From NCBI GenBank assembly GCA_023898465.1, contig CP060223.1, forward strand, positions 768,001 to 832,000: a stretch of DNA of 64,000 nt. Direction: 5' to 3'. Below the pieces are notes generated by a model, which did no database searches, was not told the origin of the DNA, and saw only the letters and a program-made list of their open reading frames with translations. Made by a program: the position numbers and the translations under genes. This document shows positions 59,909 through 64,000 of this stretch, in pieces (the stretch's first letter is position 1; each line of letters begins with the position of its first letter). This DNA is from Candidatus Nomurabacteria bacterium. GTDB lineage: Bacteria > Patescibacteriota > Patescibacteriia > HK-STAS-PATE-3.

Positions 59909-62533
59909 TTAGGGATCGACTCGAATCAACTCAGAGAAATAACTGCCCGGCACAATGCTCCGCTCGTTGTTATTTGCGCTTAGCTGGAAAAGAATTTCAT
60001 AGACCTGGCGCTCATCTGGTGCATCCATACGGAAAGTGAAGCTGGCCACCTGACCTGGAGCAACCCTTGCCTCATTCATAGGAATACCACCGGTCTGTCG
60101 TGCCCATGACGTATCACGAAATTCCGGGCGACGGAAAAGCGCTCCATACACATTTAAACGCGTACCGCTGTCCCAGGTTTTTGTACCCGTGTTGCGATAT
60201 CGCACAGTCACAGGGATTCGCCATGGCACGCGAATAGCTGGCGGAATCGTCTCACTTACTTTTTCAGCATGATATTCCCCTGGGTTCAATGGAGTATTAG
60301 CTGCATCAACTCGAATCAATGGATCGAAGATCGGATGTTGAATCGTATCAGCGCCACCATCAATATCAATTAACTGCATGTTTTGCACATAGACCCGTGG
60401 CACAACCGGCGCTCGCATGTAAAATCGATATGTGGCTGTTTCACCTGGACGAACCTGACTCTCCTGCATACGAATTTCACCAACCGCACCTGGCCAGCTG
60501 CCATCATAAAACGAGCTGGGGCCGTGATCATCATTCATTACCTTTAAGACAATCGAGCGATCCCAGGTTGTTACGCCAGTATTCTCAAATTTCACCGTGA
60601 CAGGGATGCGCCAAGTATTTAACATTGCTACCGGGATTGTCTGACTCACCAATGCGGCCTGACTAGGTGAATCAACTCGCGAATGCACAACCACTTTACT
60701 TCCCGCTACTTCTTGTCCATTACGCAATAGGACAATCTCTTGCGTATAACGACCGATGGTATTTGGACTGCGAAGGCTAATGGTAAAGTTACCAGATTGA
60801 CCCGGCTGAATAGGACCGTTATCTAAAGGAATGACGTTTTCGCCTGACGCGCTGTGTACGTCATACACACTATCACCACCGCCTGGATCACGTACGACGA
60901 GTGAGAATTCATTGCGCTGCCAAGCTGCTCGGCCGGCGTTTGCGTACTTCATAGTTACCGTGGCGGTGTCACTCTGCAGCATTGCTTCTGGGAAGCCATT
61001 CTCCTGCAAATGAGCAGCGTAGGGACTGCTGGTAATCGTGAAATTAATTGTTGCGCTTGTACCACTTAATTGCTGCCCATCATGAAACAAGGCAAATTTT
61101 GCTTGTAGGGCTGAGTGTCCAGTTGGTGCGGTAACTGTGAAATGATAGCGCACCGTTTGACCAGGATGAATTGGCGAATCCTCAATTACACCAGCAATAT
61201 CTCCATCCCAATTTGATGCACGGAGTAAGTGAGCTGCATCATTTGCTGGCTTGAGTTCAGGTGCGGTACCGAAGCGCGTCCAGTCACTCGTACCATCATT
61301 GCGCATATCTACCCAAAGCTCGAGACTCACTCCCTCTCCAGTAGCTACCGTGTTATCACTCTGCCCACGCAAACTAGCTCGGGGCGCCCCATTCGGATCT
61401 GGTAGGGTATTGTACTCAGCTCGGGCTGCCGATCGAATGTCAGCAAACTGACTTGTATAGCGAGCCCCAGGGCAGGTTGTACAATCAACATCTCCGTGGC
61501 CAAAAATAGTTGGCAAAGTACGATCCATGAAAAAAACATCGCTGTTAGGTACAATACCTAAGGCTCGCCCTTTCACTGCGATGAAGTGACTAATTGCTGC
61601 TTTTGCTTGTGCAGAAACGTAATCTACGTTTTCGTAATTCCCGAGTAAGGCAACCCCGATGCTCCCACGGTTATAGCTTTGCTCAGCGCCCTTGCTTGTA
61701 CACTCTGCGCCGCGATACGTATGCGCCCCGACCACACCGTCGCCTCCATAACGACCTTCAAAAATATGTCCTGTAGTATCGACGAGATAATTGTAGCCAA
61801 TGTCGCCCCAACCTCGAATAACAGTATGGTAATAGTAAATACTGCGAATCACTGCTTTCGCTTGCTCTAAATCAGGCTGACCGTTTGAGCCTGCGGTGTG
61901 ATGGAGAATAAACGCCTTTGGTGCCTCGTATTCTGGTGGCCATTCCTCTTGTCCATTATTGAAACGTAGTGATTCATCAGCTCCCCATTCGCTACGACTG
62001 ATTACATCGAGGTCCTGAGCCTCAGTGTGAGGTACCAGCCATTGAAAAAGCGATTCATACCAGCTTGGTTCCTGTATCGTATCAATGAAGAAAAACTGCA
62101 CCGAGCTTGGCAGGGCTTGCGTAGTGTTTACCGTATACTGCACTCGATCAGCCGGAAGAACATCAAGTAAATTGGAATAGTGCCGAGCGTCTCCATTAAG
62201 CTTCGCTCCCGCATCTTCATCACTTGTAATGGGTATCCAATCACTCCATTGGCCATGACTACGGAAGCGTACCTTAAGCTCACTCTCCTCTGTGCCTGAC
62301 CAGGTTGCCGCGATAGCATTGAAAGTAACGCCCGGATTAACAACAGGAGACGTAAAGCCAGCTTGCACCTGCACATCCAGTGTGCGTGAAGTAATTGCTA
62401 CAGCGCTCTGCTCAGCCCGACCTATCATTGGCATGACAATAGCAAAGACACCTAGCAAGGATGCTAAGCTAAGACTCAAAATGCCAATACGGCGGAAATA
62501 CTTTTTTGTCATGTATGTTTGTTTTGGGAACAA
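59909..62533 (-). CDS. secreted N-acetylmuramoyl-L-alanine amidase (PGRP/Amidase_2 domain) with multiple C-terminal beta-sandwich repeats
   Basis: Signal/TM; Amidase_2 region ILHHTAGSNGQPDLEQAKAVIRSIYYYHTVIRGWGDIGYNYLVDTTGHIFEGRYGGDGVVGAHT...GHGDVDCTTCPG; repeated WRIPVTVKFENTGVTTWD / WRIPVTVRYRNTGTKTWD domains. Confidence 0.75.
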   Translation of the reverse strand: MFPKQTYMTKKYFRRIGILSLSLASLLGVFAIVMPMIGRAEQSAVAITSRTLDVQVQAGFTSPVVNPGVTFNAIAATWSGTEESELKVRFRSHGQWSDWIPITSDEDAGAKLNGDARHYSNLLDVLPADRVQYTVNTTQALPSSVQFFFIDTIQEPSWYESLFQWLVPHTEAQDLDVISRSEWGADESLRFNNGQEEWPPEYEAPKAFILHHTAGSNGQPDLEQAKAVIRSIYYYHTVIRGWGDIGYNYLVDTTGHIFEGRYGGDGVVGAHTYRGAECTSKGAEQSYNRGSIGVALLGNYENVDYVSAQAKAAISHFIAVKGRALGIVPNSDVFFMDRTLPTIFGHGDVDCTTCPGARYTSQFADIRSAARAEYNTLPDPNGAPRASLRGQSDNTVATGEGVSLELWVDMRNDGTSDWTRFGTAPELKPANDAAHLLRASNWDGDIAGVIEDSPIHPGQTVRYHFTVTAPTGHSALQAKFALFHDGQQLSGTSATINFTITSSPYAAHLQENGFPEAMLQSDTATVTMKYANAGRAAWQRNEFSLVVRDPGGGDSVYDVHSASGENVIPLDNGPIQPGQSGNFTISLRSPNTIGRYTQEIVLLRNGQEVAGSKVVVHSRVDSPSQAALVSQTIPVAMLNTWRIPVTVKFENTGVTTWDRSIVLKVMNDDHGPSSFYDGSWPGAVGEIRMQESQVRPGETATYRFYMRAPVVPRVYVQNMQLIDIDGGADTIQHPIFDPLIRVDAANTPLNPGEYHAEKVSETIPPAIRVPWRIPVTVRYRNTGTKTWDSGTRLNVYGALFRRPEFRDTSWARQTGGIPMNEARVAPGQVASFTFRMDAPDERQVYEILFQLSANNNERSIVPGSYFSELIRVDP

Positions 62534-62670
62534 AAAACCTCAGTAGCAAACTGAGGAGTAGAGTCAGTGAGAACCTCACTTACCTACATAGTATAACGTA
62601 TTTTAACGATTTTGTCCAGAGTAAGCAGAGTGAGGAGGCAGTCATAGTTTTTGATCGCCCCCTCTTAGAA

Positions 62671-63489
62671 TCAGCGGACAATAGTTATTTTTTGCTTTCT
62701 GGTAGCATCGCCTGCTCTCAAAGAAACAAAGTAGATGCCAGAGGGAAGATTGGAGGTATAGAAGCTATATTGATGTCCACCAACACCCTGGGGGCCTAAG
62801 CGCCTTTGTTCTACAACCCTCCCTAAGACGGTCACGAGACTGAGCTCAACTTCTTGAGATTCGGAAAGCGAATACTCTATCGCTATTACTCTATCGATCG
62901 GATTCTCCTTCACTTGTAGCTCGGATCCAATAGAACTAAAATCCGGAAGTTCTTGTACCCCGGAAATCACTCCAAGGGAGTAGTAATATACTCCAACAGG
63001 ATTTGCAGTAGACGTTGTGCTGATCACTGGAATATCCAACACACCGTCCATATTAACATCTGCGATGAGATCTGCTCTTGAGCCATACGAGAAATCTGAA
63101 TCGGATGGATAAAAGGAGGCTTCGAGAATCCCACTAGGAAACTCAACCACTTCAACCCCTGTATAACCACCTCCCGCATCCGTAGCAATAACACCGACCA
63201 AAAACTCTACTTCTTGATCAGTGTCGAAGTTGCTAATTCCGTAACAGACGAATATTTCTCCCGACGAGCTATCATAGGAGAAAATCGGAGTCGAATTACC
63301 CGGTTTGTATACCTGCAAGATATCTCTGGCGAGTATAAACTCCGGGCCAAATTCTAGATCTACATAAGCAATAGACCAATACCGTGATGCAGGATCAGGC
63401 AATTCCCAAACTAGCGTCTGACCAAAAGCCGACATTGTAGAGGTGATAACCATTGTCAAAAGAGCGATCACGTACGAAAGGCAACGCAT
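62671..63489 (-). CDS. secreted protein ending in a T9SS/Por-type C-terminal sorting-domain-like beta-sandwich
   Basis: Signal peptide MRCLSYVIALLTMVITSTMSAFG; C-terminus VELSLVTVLGRVVEQRRLG...SNLPSGIYFVSLRAGDATRKQKITIVR resembles the Por_Secre_tail pattern. Confidence 0.45.
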   Translation of the reverse strand: MRCLSYVIALLTMVITSTMSAFGQTLVWELPDPASRYWSIAYVDLEFGPEFILARDILQVYKPGNSTPIFSYDSSSGEIFVCYGISNFDTDQEVEFLVGVIATDAGGGYTGVEVVEFPSGILEASFYPSDSDFSYGSRADLIADVNMDGVLDIPVISTTSTANPVGVYYYSLGVISGVQELPDFSSIGSELQVKENPIDRVIAIEYSLSESQEVELSLVTVLGRVVEQRRLGPQGVGGHQYSFYTSNLPSGIYFVSLRAGDATRKQKITIVR

Positions 63490-63556
63490 GATAAGCCTCC
63501 TATGTTTTGCTGCCCACTGTATGATTACTAATTATCGAACTTTTTGTCCAGTCGCC

Positions 63557-64000
63557 TTACTCTTCACGCACATAGCGCAGGACTAAACGAGAAAGTCCAA
63601 TCGCGCTGATGTACCCGATACTCACCCCAGCGATCAATACTAACCATGGGGTAAATCCTAGCGCAACGAGATGGAAGGCGTCTCGAAGAGGTGTGTAAAT
63701 GAGTAGTAACTGGAGAAGCACTGAAGCACCGAGTGCCAATACTAACCAAGGATTTGAAAACCAACCTAATTTTTCCTGTGAGCGGATCGTCCCAATCCGA
63801 ACAAACTCATAGAGCACGAAGCCGGTAAAGAGAGTGGTGCGAGCGGTGTCAAAACCAAGCGGCAAAGTGATTAGGAATGTTGCGAGTAAAATAATCGTTT
63901 TCTTAGTTCCTATCACTGCCACTAACCACCACAGCTGACGGGTGAGAATTGAGGAAGCACGGCGAGGCGGATCTTTCATAATATCGCTGCGGGCAGGATC
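63557..64000 (-). CDS. P-type cation-transporting ATPase, C-terminal membrane domain (partial; gene starts beyond the window end)
   Basis: Last about 140 aa resemble Cation_ATPase_C (…NPWLVLALGASVLLQLLLIYTPLRDAFHLVALGFTPWLVLIAG…). Confidence 0.5.
   Translation of the reverse strand, partial: DPARSDIMKDPPRRASSILTRQLWWLVAVIGTKKTIILLATFLITLPLGFDTARTTLFTGFVLYEFVRIGTIRSQEKLGWFSNPWLVLALGASVLLQLLLIYTPLRDAFHLVALGFTPWLVLIAGVSIGYISAIGLSRLVLRYVREE

Overview
This 64 kb window is mostly compact bacterial core genome at roughly 48% GC. The pilin, topA and S16 features are consistent with an uncultivated, Patescibacteria/CPR-like organism, but that is an inference only. It carries housekeeping genes (lepB, der, pth, mfd, dprA, topA, a short rel, parAB, truB, uvrA, trmD, rpsP, an SMC-like protein), an 8-gene suf Fe-S cluster operon with an Rrf2 regulator, and a cell-envelope cluster of three DsbA-like thioredoxins plus a MauE/DoxX membrane partner. 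It also carries several secreted cell-wall enzymes (LCP, L,D-transpeptidase, PGRP-type amidase, C39-like peptidase, CAP-domain protein), a minus-strand cluster of 7 tRNAs plus 4 other tRNAs, and a solitary 16S rRNA gene with a consensus promoter and no linked 23S/5S. Punctuating this backbone are at least six short GC-rich (~57-60%) islets encoding small hypothetical proteins, each with a strong Shine-Dalgarno site and an intrinsic terminator. The most striking islet (38.2-41.5 kb) holds a membrane protein, an operon of three divergent tandem paralogues of a ~90-aa Cys/His-motif protein behind a consensus sigma70 promoter, an ATP-cone plus Mrr-like restriction-endonuclease fusion, and a further small GC-rich gene. 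This is my best candidate for an undescribed accessory (defence or toxin-immunity-like) system. Other second-look items are an IS200/RAYT-type HuH transposase flanked by repeated REP-like hairpin-promoter units, tRNAs with apparently non-canonical anticodon loops (including a UCA anticodon), a hinge-less short SMC-like protein, a compact unidentified structured RNA candidate, and a 135-nt palindrome. No CRISPR array was seen. All protein calls rest on motif recognition in the supplied translations, and none was confirmed by database search.
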